In this document: positions 1-10,347 of the stretch, in pieces
How positions within the stretch are numbered: position 1 is the first letter of the stretch
Layout: each line of letters opens with the position of its first letter
DNA from: an uncultured Smithella sp.
GTDB lineage: Bacteria > Desulfobacterota > Syntrophia > Syntrophales > Smithellaceae
Assembly (NCBI GenBank): GCA_964547345.1
Contig: CAZJMX010000003.1
Location: forward strand, 24,800 to 88,799
Length of the DNA: 64,000 bases
Direction of reading: 5' to 3'
Made by a program: the position numbers and the translations under genes
The notes under the pieces: generated by a model
Told to the model about the DNA's origin: nothing
Database searches by the model: none
What the model saw: only the letters and a program-made list of their open reading frames with translations

Positions 1-705
1 GAATTTGGCGTTCGCGCCAACTATTGGTTTCCTGCTTTTCAGAGCACGCTGCGGGTGGATAAAGAAGCCGTGTTGGGGTCGGAGATTAATGCAAAAGATG
101 ATCTGGGCGTCAAGAGTGATAACATTCCTTTTGTGGAGGCCTATCTGGGCGCGGGAAATCATGAGCTTACCTTCATGTATGCCTACATCAATTGCGCGGG
201 CGAAAAAAACATTGAAAAGGATATTATCTTCGATGGCGACGTCTTTCATGTCGCCGCCAATGTTCAATCCCGATTGAAGGCCAATGTTTTTGATCTGGAG
301 TATCAATACAAAGCATTGAATTTTAAAAATATTCTGGCTGGCTTGTCCCTCGGGCTGCTTCTCAGAGTAAAATATATTGACGGAGAAGCAAAGCTTTTCT
401 CGGAAACAGCGGGGTCTAATTACGATATTAAGGAGAATCTGCGTCTGCCCATTCCCATGCTGGGGGCCGCCGCAAAGATCGGGATTCTGGCCAATATCCT
501 GGAGGCGCGAATCAAGGGCGCGGGCATGATTTATTCCGGGAACTATATTTACGATGTGATGGCCGATATCGCCATAACGCCGTTTCCCTTCATCGATATT
601 CACGGTGGCTACCGGATGATGTCGCTCAAGATTGACGGCGTCAGCGACATTTACGCCAGCATGACGTTTGCCGGCCCCTATGTCGGTGTCAAAGTAGGAT
701 TTTAA
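1..705 (+). CDS. outer-membrane beta-barrel protein, 5'-partial (open from window start)
   Basis: Frame 1 is open from base 1 (EFGVRANYWFPAF...). Alternating beta-strand-like pattern. C-terminus ...GPYVGVKVGF ends in Phe, as in OMP barrels. Confidence 0.45.
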   Translation, partial: EFGVRANYWFPAFQSTLRVDKEAVLGSEINAKDDLGVKSDNIPFVEAYLGAGNHELTFMYAYINCAGEKNIEKDIIFDGDVFHVAANVQSRLKANVFDLEYQYKALNFKNILAGLSLGLLLRVKYIDGEAKLFSETAGSNYDIKENLRLPIPMLGAAAKIGILANILEARIKGAGMIYSGNYIYDVMADIAITPFPFIDIHGGYRMMSLKIDGVSDIYASMTFAGPYVGVKVGF

Positions 706-723
706 CTGCACAGGCGAATCTGA

Positions 724-2292
724 ATGGTTAAAAAAGATAACAATCAAGCGGCCTGGCGCGAGATGCGCAAAGAAACATTCAAAATGAAGGCTTCGAGTTT
801 CCGGGATGTTCTTTGTGATGCCGTGACAAATTACGGCCAAAACGAAGACGGCAATCAGGCAGCGGCTATTGCCCTCTACGCCATTCTTTCAGCCATCCCG
901 CTTCTGATTTTAACCATCATTGCCGCCGGTTCATTTTTTACGTCCAATCCGAATGTTCAGGCGGACATTCTCACCGCTGTTCAGGATTTTCATCCGTATT
1001 TCACGGAGAAAATTTTCAAACAGTTGGGACACATTGAAGGCAAAAGCAAGGTGCTGGGCTGGATCGGGCTTCTGGGTCTTGTGTGGCTCTCCGCCGCGAT
1101 TTTCAACGCCATTGAATCGGCGCTCAACAACATTTTCCGCTCGCAACACCGGCGTAATTATTTCGTCTCCAAACTGATGGCGCTTTGCATGATCCCGACG
1201 GCCTGGTTGATCGGCGGCTTGAGCGTATTTCTCAGCTATGTGGCCGTAGTGCTTGCCAACAAGCCGCTTATTCTGCCAGGCGGTATGGAAATTTCATTGA
1301 CCCTGCCCGCGGAGATTGTTCTGCGTTATGTTTTGCCTTATGTAATGGTTGTGATGCTGGTGACGGTTATCTATAAGTTTATCCCGACCGCGAAAATCCG
1401 TTTTTCTGCGGCGCTTGCCGGCGCCGCGGTGTTTGCTTTGCTTCTGGAAATCGCCAAACAATTTTTCACCTGGTATGTCGCTAATTACACGCGCTATAAC
1501 GTGATTTTCGGATCGCTGGAAACTGTTGTGATTCTGGTGATCTGGGTTTTTTATGTTGCGCTGATCTTTTTGTTTTGCGCGGAAATGATGTCGTCCCATG
1601 AGCGGCGCAATATCCTGCTTTTGGAGCGGGCCTTGCTTACACCTCACCAGGCCGGCCTGAAAGTGGATGAACGTCTCTTCAAGAAATTCGGCCATACTTA
1701 CCCGAAAGACAACATCATCTTTCACGAAGGGGATTCGGGCCGCGAAATGTTCTATGTTCTTTCCGGCCGCGTCTGTCTGGAGCGCGTCGATTGTTCGGTG
1801 AAAAAGATCCTGGCGGAGATGGGACCGGGACAATATTTCGGCGAGATGGCGGCGCTGATCGACATCCGGCGCAGCGCAACAGCCAGAGCCCTGGAGGATT
1901 GTCATCTGGCTGTCATCGACGCATCCATCTTCAGGAGCCTGATTCGCGAAAGCCAGGGTGTCGCGCTGCATATGCTTCAGGAGTTTTCCACGCGTTTGAA
2001 AAATTCCAACGCCGCGCTGGAGGAATTTACCAATCTCTGGACGCGCATGGTGATCCTTCTTCATTTTCTGGATCAGACTGAGGCAACGATCGGGGAGCAT
2101 CTGTCCGGGCTTGCCACATTAACCGGCAAGAGTCCCTTCGAAGTTGAGGCGCTCATCTACGAACTAGGCGGCCAGGGTATTCTGATTATCAAAGGAGATA
2201 CGGTCCTGGAAGTCGCCCGCGAGAAAATGTGGTCGCTTATCGATTCCGGAACATTCAAAAAATGCTTTCTGGAAGACGAAAACAAGGTTTGA
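724..2292 (+). CDS. YihY/BrkB-family membrane protein fused to a C-terminal cyclic-nucleotide-binding domain
   Basis: N-terminal half has multiple hydrophobic helices typical of YihY/BrkB. C-terminal half carries a cNMP-binding signature (FHEGDSGREMFYVLSGRV...GPGQYFGEMAAL...RSATARA). Confidence 0.7.
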   Translation: MVKKDNNQAAWREMRKETFKMKASSFRDVLCDAVTNYGQNEDGNQAAAIALYAILSAIPLLILTIIAAGSFFTSNPNVQADILTAVQDFHPYFTEKIFKQLGHIEGKSKVLGWIGLLGLVWLSAAIFNAIESALNNIFRSQHRRNYFVSKLMALCMIPTAWLIGGLSVFLSYVAVVLANKPLILPGGMEISLTLPAEIVLRYVLPYVMVVMLVTVIYKFIPTAKIRFSAALAGAAVFALLLEIAKQFFTWYVANYTRYNVIFGSLETVVILVIWVFYVALIFLFCAEMMSSHERRNILLLERALLTPHQAGLKVDERLFKKFGHTYPKDNIIFHEGDSGREMFYVLSGRVCLERVDCSVKKILAEMGPGQYFGEMAALIDIRRSATARALEDCHLAVIDASIFRSLIRESQGVALHMLQEFSTRLKNSNAALEEFTNLWTRMVILLHFLDQTEATIGEHLSGLATLTGKSPFEVEALIYELGGQGILIIKGDTVLEVAREKMWSLIDSGTFKKCFLEDENKV

Positions 2293-2308
2293 TCTCGTCT
2301 CAGTCATT

Positions 2309-3496
2309 TCAGACTTTACGGCGCACCAGTCTTTTACGGATCACCTTCTTTACGCCTCCCGTCTGCGGAGCTGCGGCTGAAAGCGGCAGGCGATACTGGC
2401 AGGTGGCGCGGGGGCACTTCAAGAAAATCTGTCCTTCATTGTCTGCGACTTCCACCATAAAAGGATTTTTACAGCGGGCGCATATTGTGTGATGCGGTTT
2501 GCCCCAACTGATGAAATTACATTTGTCCGACGGGCAGGAATAAAATAGTTTTCCGGCGGTGGTTTTTTCCTCTTTCAGCGCATGGGTTTTGCAGATCGGG
2601 CATACCAGCGCCAGTTCTTTTTCAAAGGCGGCGATTTTTGCGGCAATTGCATCATCCTCCTCTACTTCCTCTACTTTTTCTTCCGGCTCGGGTGGCGTTT
2701 CCCGGATTTCAATGGGCGGCGCTTTTACAATTTCCGGTTCAGGGGCAACAGGAGGGACAATGACGTCGATGCCCGGATCCGGCATTGGGATTTCCCGTGC
2801 AGCAGGCGCAGCGGCCTGACGCGGAATCGCGGCGGTCGGTGCGGCGACGGTTTCCGGCGCTACAGGTTTTTCGGGTTTTGCTTTTGTCGGCGCGGCGACA
2901 ACATAGTCCCGGATGATTCTCGGAGAGCTGGGTTTGAGCTCCTCCTGCTTTTTTGGCGCCGCTGCGGGTTTGGGCGTCGGCGCAATGACGGGAATCTTCG
3001 GTTTGGGCAGCGGAACGCCGTGATTTTGCAGTGTCTGATCAAAACGGGACAAAGCGGATTCCAGATCAATGCGTCCGCTTTTGACCTCCTGCATCGTCTG
3101 TCCGATATAAGCCAGCAGGCTCAGGCCCTGCATTTTAGGATAAACGCGGTTGAGCATCCGTGCGGTTTCGCGTGTGGCCTGATAAGAATAGAACTTGCCG
3201 TCCGGCTGAATATGCAAGAATTTCTTCGCTACCAGATCATCCATGGCTTTTTGCACATGATCGTCCGTCTCAATGCCTGCATCTCTGGCGTCGGCCGTGA
3301 AGGTTTCCATGGAATAGCGTTCGCTGACGTCGCCGTAAATGTCTTCAATATCGAGTTCGCGCCCGCCGAAAAGAATAAAGCACACGATATTCTCCATCGT
3401 AAAAGGCAGGCCGCCCACGGATTGCTTTGTGTTGGTTAAACGCTCATAATGCTTTGCAAATATCATTTCGAACTGATGTTTTACGGTTTCTTCCAT
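2309..3496 (-). CDS. hypothetical protein with Pro/Ala-rich linker and C-terminal tandem Cys4 zinc ribbons (topoisomerase-type)
   Basis: C-terminus CPICKTH...YSCPSDKCNFISWGKP...CARCKNPFMVEV...LKCPRATCQY. Long PAAPK/PEP low-complexity linker. Confidence 0.55.
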   Translation of the reverse strand: MEETVKHQFEMIFAKHYERLTNTKQSVGGLPFTMENIVCFILFGGRELDIEDIYGDVSERYSMETFTADARDAGIETDDHVQKAMDDLVAKKFLHIQPDGKFYSYQATRETARMLNRVYPKMQGLSLLAYIGQTMQEVKSGRIDLESALSRFDQTLQNHGVPLPKPKIPVIAPTPKPAAAPKKQEELKPSSPRIIRDYVVAAPTKAKPEKPVAPETVAAPTAAIPRQAAAPAAREIPMPDPGIDVIVPPVAPEPEIVKAPPIEIRETPPEPEEKVEEVEEDDAIAAKIAAFEKELALVCPICKTHALKEEKTTAGKLFYSCPSDKCNFISWGKPHHTICARCKNPFMVEVADNEGQIFLKCPRATCQYRLPLSAAAPQTGGVKKVIRKRLVRRKV

Positions 3497-3683
3497 CTTT
3501 CCCCTCAGTCTATTCAGTTTGTGATCGGACGGTTTTCAATACTCTTTCCCTATATCGGCGCTTGCGTCCGAAAAAATGACTATTTTTTTAATTCTTTTTT
3601 GATTATTCTGCAAGAGGGTCAATGAAACTTAAGTAATGACGTATATTCTCGATATATAATTTAAATTCCCGGGAGATGCCGCT

Positions 3684-6600
3684 GTGTCCATTATTATCAA
3701 GCTTCAGGATATCGACGAAGCAATAGAAAATCTTCGCTACAAGAGCGAGACGACCCTCAAAGCGAAACTGTTGAGGGCGGTGCGGCAATACTATTCCGAT
3801 GATGCCGTCTCCGAATCGCTTTCCTTAATTGACACGGAAGAGCTGGTCAAAACGATCTGGGACACAGGCGACGACCGCGAGCTTCTCAAAGCCAAACGCA
3901 AGAATTTCAGTTCAGTCAAATCCGGCGTCAACACCGATCTGAAAAAACTCTATGCCGACGGAAAAAACCCGCAGGGCATCGTGATCGGCCAGGCCAACAC
4001 GTTTGTCATATCTGATGAGGCCAAGGACAAGGCGCTATCGGGCATCATGGACGCGTTTAAGGAAAAAGGCATCGACACGACCAGTAAGATCACGGATATT
4101 CTTTCGGCGTTGGGCGATGTGCTTTCCACTGCCGTGTCGGATGCCGCAGCCATTGACGCCAAAGATGAAATCGACCGCCTCAAGGAAATTCTGGGAGGCA
4201 TCTCTGAAAAGCTGGGTCTGTCGCCTCAGGATCTGATCCGGCGCGCTGAAGCAGCGGCCGGCGGGGCATTGCAAGGCGGCGGCAAAACGACGACGGGCGG
4301 GGGAGAGGATCTGTCCGGTTATATTCGTGACGGCGTCTCGATGCTGGACAAAGAGTTGCACGGTCTGACCGAAGAAGCGGGGGGGGCATTAGAAAGTGCG
4401 GCCCGGCCGGGCATGAAAGAATCCCTGCGGCAGGCGCTGGCCGATATCATTCAAACGTTGAAAGACCCGGCGTCCGATATGTCCGGCAAGGCCGGGAAAA
4501 TTATGGCGGCCGTGGAGCAAATCCTGTCTGATGCCATGGACAGCGCGGGCGAAGAGCTTTCCTCCGAACAGGCTTCCCAACTCAGCCAAATTTTTGCTGA
4601 CCTGCGCGAAGGCGCCAAAGCGGCCGTGCCTTCGGAATTGCAGCCCGCAGAGGATCAGGCAGTGTCTTCTGCCGCTCAGTCGTCCGGCGCTGATTTGGCA
4701 TCCACTGCGGCGGATGGGCAGGCTAAACTTTCGGGCGAAAAGTTGCTGGCCGAGGTTGCGTCGATTCTTGGCGAAGGCGGAGGGGGCGCGGGAGACAAGA
4801 TTGGCCGGATCATGGCCGCCGTAAACGACATGATCGGCGAAGCGCTGGCAAATTCCGGGTTGTCCGGCGAGGAAGTCGCGCAAATTCAAGAGATGATGGG
4901 CAACATTGCCGGAAATCTCGAAGCGTTTGCTCATGAGGCGCTGGCTGAAGAAGATATTATCGAGGAAATCATTGAGGACGACACGGGCGGCAGGGATTCA
5001 GCCGTCGAGGACGTTACGGATGGCGCGGGGGCGGCAATGGATGCCGGACCAGGCGAATCGGCAGACGAAGAAGTCGTTCCGGAAGATCAGCCGTCCTCAA
5101 CGGATGAGTTTGTGGAAATCATCGAAGAGGTTTCCGACGAGGTGTTTGCAGATGCTGCTCAACCGGAGGCAACCGCTGCGGGTGATGCGGTTCTCGGCGG
5201 GGAAGGCGCGGATTTTACCGAGGAGGCTGTGGATGAAGGATATGATCAGGCCGGTTTGACCGAGCAAGATGCAGCGTCCCGGACTGGCGGTGATGAGTGT
5301 GTCGAGATCATCGAAGAAATTGTTGAAGAAGAATCCGGTGTGCCGGGCCCGGGGGCGCAAGCGCCTGCTGAGGACTCCGCAGGGGAAGGGTTCGTAGAGG
5401 AAATCGCCGGAGCGACCGAAGACATGGCCCTGGCGCCACCTGAAGTAGAAGCAGTCGGTGAGACTGCGGCAGGCGATGGCGTGGCTGAAGGCCAGGCAGA
5501 AGCAGAAGCGCTTTGGGAGGTGATCGGCGAAGGTGTCCCGGATGTCGCCGATGCGGCGGATGTTGCAGCCCCGAAAGCCGCTGAAGATCAGTTTATCGAG
5601 GTGATCGAAGAGGTCGCGGGAGAAGACCTCCCGGCATCCGGCGTACAGATGCAACCGGCGGATGAGGACTCCGCAGGGGAAACGCCAACCGATGAAACCA
5701 TTAGTGCTGCCTCAGGTGACGCGATTGTCGAAATGCCCGAAGATATTTCCGGCCAAGATGGAACCCTGGTCGGTGAGGGAGGAGCCGCTTCGGGTGATAT
5801 GATCGAAGGAATGCCTGCCGGGGCGGATGTTGTCGAAGAGGCGATGGAAGCAGGCGCGGGTGGCGTTACGGATGAGATCGTGGAAGTCGTCGAGGAACTG
5901 ACAGGGGAAGATGCCCCGGAAACCGGCGCGGACATGATGGCCGAAGTGGCGAATATCGAAGCGTTGGAAGATGCTCTGACGGAGATAGTCGAAGTCGACG
6001 AAGGAGCACCGGAAGCTCCTGAAAATCTCACTTTAGAAACGGCTGTGGAAGACGGAAAAACAGCAGGTGACGCAGGAGTCGTCGAAGAAATCGCGGATTC
6101 TGACATTGTCGAAGAAATTATCGAAGACGGGGAACCCGAAAGCGCAGGCGTCGGGGTGACGCCGTCCGACAAACCCGTCGATGAAGAGTTGCGGGAGAAA
6201 ACGGACTTGCTTTCGCGTCTGGCCGAAGCTGCGGGTGTGCTGGAAAAGCTCGGTCCTGATTTAAGCGGCAGTATTTATACGGAAGATGAGCTCAGGGGCA
6301 AGGCCAAATTTCTGTCCGAGGAGTTCGACCGCTACCTGAGCATCCGCGACAAGTTTTTCAACGCCCACATTTTGATCAAGGGCGGCGACTATCTGGTGGG
6401 CGGCGCGCATCTGGCCAAAAGCGAGCTTGAAGAACAAATCGTTACGCTGCCTGATTTTTACATCGGCAAATTTCCGGTCACCAACGCGCTTTTTGAAATT
6501 TTTGTGGAACAAACCGGCTATGTCACCACGGCTGAAAAATACGGCTATGGACTGGTATATTTTCCGCGCATGCAGCGCTCCCGGGATCTGATCACCGGCG

Positions 6601-7118
6601 CGGAGCGCTTTACGCTGCACGCTCAGGCATACTCTAAAAGAGTGAACGGCGCGTGCTGGCACAGGCCCTTTGGCCCGGACAGCACGCTGCATCTCAAAAG
6701 AACGCATCCCGTGGTTCAAGTCAGCTTCGAAGACGCGCGCGCTTATGCCGCGTGGACCGGCAAGAGGCTGCCCACGGAAATCGAATGGGAAGCATCCGCC
6801 CGCACGGCGCAAGGCTTGCTTTTTCCTTGGGGGAACCAGTGGCAGGAGGACGCCTGCAATACGGAAAAGAGTTTGCATGGCGACACGACGCCGGTGGATC
6901 ACTATCTGAAATTCGTAAACGCCTACGAAGTCGCCGACATGCTCGGGAACGTCTTGGAATGGACGATGGATGCGGTAGGCGACCGGGAAACGTCGGACAT
7001 GTATATCGCCAAGGGTGCCAGCTGGATTTCGCACCACGAGATCAGCCTGGCCGACCGGCACTACCTTGAGAAAAATTCATCATCCAATATCCTGGGGTTC
7101 CGCTGTATCGCGATATAG
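3684..7118 (+). CDS. large acidic-repeat protein with C-terminal FGE/SUMF1-type (sulfatase-modifying-factor) domain
   Basis: GTG start. C-terminal about 300 aa match FGE-sulfatase hallmarks (FYIGKFPVTNALF, RLPTEIEWE, GNVLEWT, ILGFRC). The middle is about 800 aa of Asp/Glu-rich sequence. Confidence 0.7.
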   Translation: MSIIIKLQDIDEAIENLRYKSETTLKAKLLRAVRQYYSDDAVSESLSLIDTEELVKTIWDTGDDRELLKAKRKNFSSVKSGVNTDLKKLYADGKNPQGIVIGQANTFVISDEAKDKALSGIMDAFKEKGIDTTSKITDILSALGDVLSTAVSDAAAIDAKDEIDRLKEILGGISEKLGLSPQDLIRRAEAAAGGALQGGGKTTTGGGEDLSGYIRDGVSMLDKELHGLTEEAGGALESAARPGMKESLRQALADIIQTLKDPASDMSGKAGKIMAAVEQILSDAMDSAGEELSSEQASQLSQIFADLREGAKAAVPSELQPAEDQAVSSAAQSSGADLASTAADGQAKLSGEKLLAEVASILGEGGGGAGDKIGRIMAAVNDMIGEALANSGLSGEEVAQIQEMMGNIAGNLEAFAHEALAEEDIIEEIIEDDTGGRDSAVEDVTDGAGAAMDAGPGESADEEVVPEDQPSSTDEFVEIIEEVSDEVFADAAQPEATAAGDAVLGGEGADFTEEAVDEGYDQAGLTEQDAASRTGGDECVEIIEEIVEEESGVPGPGAQAPAEDSAGEGFVEEIAGATEDMALAPPEVEAVGETAAGDGVAEGQAEAEALWEVIGEGVPDVADAADVAAPKAAEDQFIEVIEEVAGEDLPASGVQMQPADEDSAGETPTDETISAASGDAIVEMPEDISGQDGTLVGEGGAASGDMIEGMPAGADVVEEAMEAGAGGVTDEIVEVVEELTGEDAPETGADMMAEVANIEALEDALTEIVEVDEGAPEAPENLTLETAVEDGKTAGDAGVVEEIADSDIVEEIIEDGEPESAGVGVTPSDKPVDEELREKTDLLSRLAEAAGVLEKLGPDLSGSIYTEDELRGKAKFLSEEFDRYLSIRDKFFNAHILIKGGDYLVGGAHLAKSELEEQIVTLPDFYIGKFPVTNALFEIFVEQTGYVTTAEKYGYGLVYFPRMQRSRDLITGAERFTLHAQAYSKRVNGACWHRPFGPDSTLHLKRTHPVVQVSFEDARAYAAWTGKRLPTEIEWEASARTAQGLLFPWGNQWQEDACNTEKSLHGDTTPVDHYLKFVNAYEVADMLGNVLEWTMDAVGDRETSDMYIAKGASWISHHEISLADRHYLEKNSSSNILGFRCIAI

Positions 7119-7192
7119 TCCTGATCGCTTCTTGACATGGCCATTAATCTTTGAAATAAGCTTCCGAGCAAAGACCTGAAAGGAGCCAACCT

Positions 7193-8203
7193 ATGAAAGC
7201 AGCAGTTCTGCATGGCGCAAAAGATATCCGAACCGAAACCGTACCCGATCCCGTCTGCACGCCGCACGGTGTGATCATCAAAGTGAATACCTGCGGCGTT
7301 TGCGGTTCCGACCTGCATGTTTACAAAGAGGATGGACACGACGGAACCATCTTCGGCCATGAGTTCAGCGGCGATATTGTGGAAGTCGGCGCGGATGTTA
7401 AAGGTATTGACACCGGCACACGCTGCACGGCGGTTGGTTTTTCTCCCTGCGGAAAATGTTTCTGGTGCAAGCAGGGGAAAATGCATCGCTGTTCGGCTAT
7501 GGCGCTTTTAGGTTATCAGTTTCCCGGTGCGATGGCCGAATATGTTCATGTGCCATTCGCGGCCCTGGGCCGCAGCATCTTCCCGCTTCCCGAGGAGCTG
7601 ACCTACGAAGACGGGGCATCGGTGGAACCCCTGTCCATTTCTTATTTTTCCGTCAACCGGGGTCAACCGAAACCCAATGAAATTATCGCTGTCATTGGTC
7701 TGGGCGTCATCGGCCTTTTCGCTGTCCAGGTGCTCAGAGCGATGGGCGTGGAAAAAATTCTGGCCGCCGGACGAAGACCTGCGCGGCTTAACGCCGCAAG
7801 CCTCAGCGGTGCACATCTTGTGATTGACGCGGTAAAAGAAGACACCCTGCAAGCCGTCATGAACGCGACGGATCTCCTGGGCGTCAATACGGTTGTAGAA
7901 TGCGCGGGCAACCAGACCACGTTTGATCAGGCGGTTGCCATGGCGCGTGGCGGCGGCAAAATTCTGCTGGTTGGCATTTACGAAGATCCTCTGAACTGGC
8001 AGCCTTTGTCCGTCATCAGCAAAAACCTCACCCTGGTCGGCTGCCTGGGCGGCAATTTCCCCGCCGTCATCGAATTGCTCAAAAGCGGCAAAGTCAAAAC
8101 GAAAAACCTGATTTCACATTCTTTCCCGCTGGATCAGGCGGCCGTTGCCTTTCAGACCCAGCTTCAGGACCCGACTGCCATCAAGGTGATGATCAAACCT
8201 TAA
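7193..8203 (+). CDS. zinc-dependent alcohol dehydrogenase (MDR family)
   Basis: GVCGSDLHVY and GHEFSGDIVEVG zinc-site motifs. Structural-zinc Cys cluster CGKCFWCKQGKMHRC. GLGVIG Rossmann motif. Confidence 0.85.
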   Translation: MKAAVLHGAKDIRTETVPDPVCTPHGVIIKVNTCGVCGSDLHVYKEDGHDGTIFGHEFSGDIVEVGADVKGIDTGTRCTAVGFSPCGKCFWCKQGKMHRCSAMALLGYQFPGAMAEYVHVPFAALGRSIFPLPEELTYEDGASVEPLSISYFSVNRGQPKPNEIIAVIGLGVIGLFAVQVLRAMGVEKILAAGRRPARLNAASLSGAHLVIDAVKEDTLQAVMNATDLLGVNTVVECAGNQTTFDQAVAMARGGGKILLVGIYEDPLNWQPLSVISKNLTLVGCLGGNFPAVIELLKSGKVKTKNLISHSFPLDQAAVAFQTQLQDPTAIKVMIKP

Positions 8204-8213
8204 AAGGTGAGCC

Positions 8214-8903
8214 ATGCACGAAGACTATTTAAAGCCGACAGAATTTATTGACAGCGATTCACCGGAAATTCAGGCTTTTGCGCAAAAAGCAGTAGCGGGC
8301 GCGTCAACGCCGCAAGAAAAAGCCATTCGATTATATTACGCCGTTCGGGACGACATTTATTACGATCCCTACCGGATCGATCCTTCCCGCAATGCATTCA
8401 AGGCCAGCACGATCTTGCGTCAGGGGTATGGCTACTGCGTGGCTAAAGCCGTTGTGTTGGCCGCCGCCCTGCGCGCGCAAGGCATTCCCTGCAAACTTCA
8501 CTTTGCCGACGTTCGCAATCATTTGACCACGGAGCGGCTCAAAGCGCTGATGCAGACGGATACTTTTTTCTACCACGGCTATAATGATATCTGGCTTGTT
8601 GACCACTGGGTCAAGGTGACGCCGACATTTAATTTGTCGCTTTGCGAAAAATTCAAAGTGAAGCCGCTCGATTGGGACGGCCTTTCCGACGCAGTGTTTC
8701 ATCCCTTTGATCTGGAAGGACGCCGTCATATGGAATACATCACTGATCACGGTACCTTTGCCGATCTTCCCTACGACGCGATTATCGAAACCTTCCTCAC
8801 CTGCTACGGAGACGCGGCAAAAAATCAGCTGAACGGAGCGGGTCAGGCCGGAGATTTTGAGCGCGAAGCACAAAGGGAAGCTGAAAAGACGCCATCATCA
8901 TAA
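8214..8903 (+). CDS. transglutaminase-like domain protein
   Basis: GYGYCVAKAVVLAAALRAQGIP core with the catalytic-Cys context typical of transglutaminase-like cysteine proteases. Confidence 0.65.
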   Translation: MHEDYLKPTEFIDSDSPEIQAFAQKAVAGASTPQEKAIRLYYAVRDDIYYDPYRIDPSRNAFKASTILRQGYGYCVAKAVVLAAALRAQGIPCKLHFADVRNHLTTERLKALMQTDTFFYHGYNDIWLVDHWVKVTPTFNLSLCEKFKVKPLDWDGLSDAVFHPFDLEGRRHMEYITDHGTFADLPYDAIIETFLTCYGDAAKNQLNGAGQAGDFEREAQREAEKTPSS

Positions 8904-8921
8904 TTTGGAATCGATAGGAAT

Positions 8922-9323
8922 ATGCAAGAAAGAATCCTGCAAGTCATCCATCATCCCCTGCACCGGCATCTGGGCATCACGGACGCGCACTCGGGAGACG
9001 GGAAGGGAAGATTTGTCTTTACGGTCGGCGACACAACCGTCAATCCCGCAGGCGCCCTGCACGGCGGCGTGGTTTATCTTTTATGCGATGTGTGCGCCTA
9101 TCTGGGATTGCTGAGCGTTCTTTCTGAGCGTCAGGAAGCCGTAACGCATGACATTCATGTGTCGATGCTGCGCTCGGCTCAGCGTGGCGACACGGTCACG
9201 ATGGAATCGCAGGTTCTCAAGAAGGGCAAAAGTCTTTGCTTCATCGATGTGATGGCAACGGCTGCAGGCCAATTGATCGCCACCGCCCGCATTACTAAAA
9301 GTCTGGTTTCCATCCGCGTGTAG
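8922..9323 (+). CDS. PaaI-family hotdog-fold thioesterase
   Basis: NPAGALHGGVVYLLCDVCAY motif and a size of about 130 aa. Confidence 0.7.
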   Translation: MQERILQVIHHPLHRHLGITDAHSGDGKGRFVFTVGDTTVNPAGALHGGVVYLLCDVCAYLGLLSVLSERQEAVTHDIHVSMLRSAQRGDTVTMESQVLKKGKSLCFIDVMATAAGQLIATARITKSLVSIRV

Positions 9324-9383
9324 GGGGGCGAGATCGTTCTCCACGGCAGTCAGTCGATTTTCCTTTCACCTTGAACTTCTTTC

Positions 9384-10208
9384 CTATTTCCAGTCTATTT
9401 GAGCTTCATTACGTTTGGGTATCCGCGTGTAGTGGTACTGCGGATAGCCGAGCATGAGAGCGCCCTGGCACTGATACCCCGCGGGAAGAGCGATCATGTC
9501 CATGATCGGTGGGTGGGCGTTTGCCGCCCCTGTGAAATAGCCGGCCCAGCAGGTGCCTAATCCTCGTGAAAATGCGTAGAGTTCCAGATACGCAAGGGCG
9601 GTGGCGCAGTCTGTGGCGGGAAAAGACGTATCCGGCGGGCAAGAAACGATGACCAGGTGCGGCGCGCCGCGCAGAATCCGGTCGAAGCCTTTGTCCCAGA
9701 TGTCAATCAGACGGTGGTAACGCCGAATGGAGGCTTCATCCGTCGCCAGCGGCAGCATCAGTTTCATAAAGTCGATGACGAGCGAGGCCAGATGGTGGAC
9801 CTCGTCGGGGTTTTGAATCACGGTCCAATGAACCGGTTGCTTGTTGCTGCCGGTGGGCGCAAAGCGCGCCGTGTCAATCAAATCCTGAATTACGCTTCGG
9901 GCAACAAGCTTTTTCGAATAGCATCGGACGGATCGCCTGGCCAGCAGAAGCTGCCGGGCGGCAGCTGCGTCGGGCAGCGTTTCCTTGTTGATTGCCGGGC
10001 AATCGGAAATAGGCATAGTCGTAAGCGTCAAAGCCCCATGCGGGCAGGCGGCAATGCAATGCCCGCAGTTGATGCAGAACTCCTCCGCGTCCGCAACGGG
10101 CGTTGGATAATCTTTCTTTGTCGTCTGTAGGATAAGTTTACCCGGACAGACCGCAGTACAGATGCCGTCTCGTTTGCATTTTTTTGGATCAATCGTGAAA
10201 AGCGACAT
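9384..10208 (-). CDS. nitroreductase-family protein with N-terminal 2x[4Fe-4S] ferredoxin domain
   Basis: CKRDGICTAVCP and CINCGHCIAACP clusters, followed by a nitroreductase fold (RRSVRCY...). Confidence 0.8.
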   Translation of the reverse strand: MSLFTIDPKKCKRDGICTAVCPGKLILQTTKKDYPTPVADAEEFCINCGHCIAACPHGALTLTTMPISDCPAINKETLPDAAAARQLLLARRSVRCYSKKLVARSVIQDLIDTARFAPTGSNKQPVHWTVIQNPDEVHHLASLVIDFMKLMLPLATDEASIRRYHRLIDIWDKGFDRILRGAPHLVIVSCPPDTSFPATDCATALAYLELYAFSRGLGTCWAGYFTGAANAHPPIMDMIALPAGYQCQGALMLGYPQYHYTRIPKRNEAQIDWK

Positions 10209-10347
10209 GGCTTTGTTCCTTCCTGGTAAAAGATGGCTATGTCTAAATCAATGATTTGATTATTGCAATGATAAAATATATTTCACTGTTGTGATATTTC
10301 TCTTTTTATCTATAATGCGGCGACGACAGAGAAAGGGACGTAGCACA

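Noticed and set aside
1294-2100. 268-aa minus-strand ORF antisense to the YihY/cNMP gene
   Set aside because: It lies entirely inside a well-supported plus-strand gene. Its Arg/Gly/His-rich composition is typical of shadow ORFs in GC-rich coding DNA. The same reasoning applies to 6261-7061(-), 10735-11628(-), 11653-12372(-), 22388-23284(-), 26119-26871(-), 56071-56619(-) and 58695-59855(-).
2582-3439. 285-aa plus-strand ORF opposite the zinc-ribbon gene
   Set aside because: The translation is Arg/Gly/Phe-rich low complexity with no start context. The minus-strand product has clear zinc-ribbon motifs, so the minus frame is the real gene.
4370-4390. G8 homopolymer inside the FGE-domain gene as a phase-variation site
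   Set aside because: It is a single tract inside a Gly/Ala-rich coding stretch of a core-like gene. There is nothing else to suggest contingency behaviour.
5588-6172. 194-aa Ser/Pro/Ala-rich minus-strand ORF
   Set aside because: It is the mirror image of the acidic GAA/GAG-rich repeat region of the FGE-domain gene. It is a compositional artefact.
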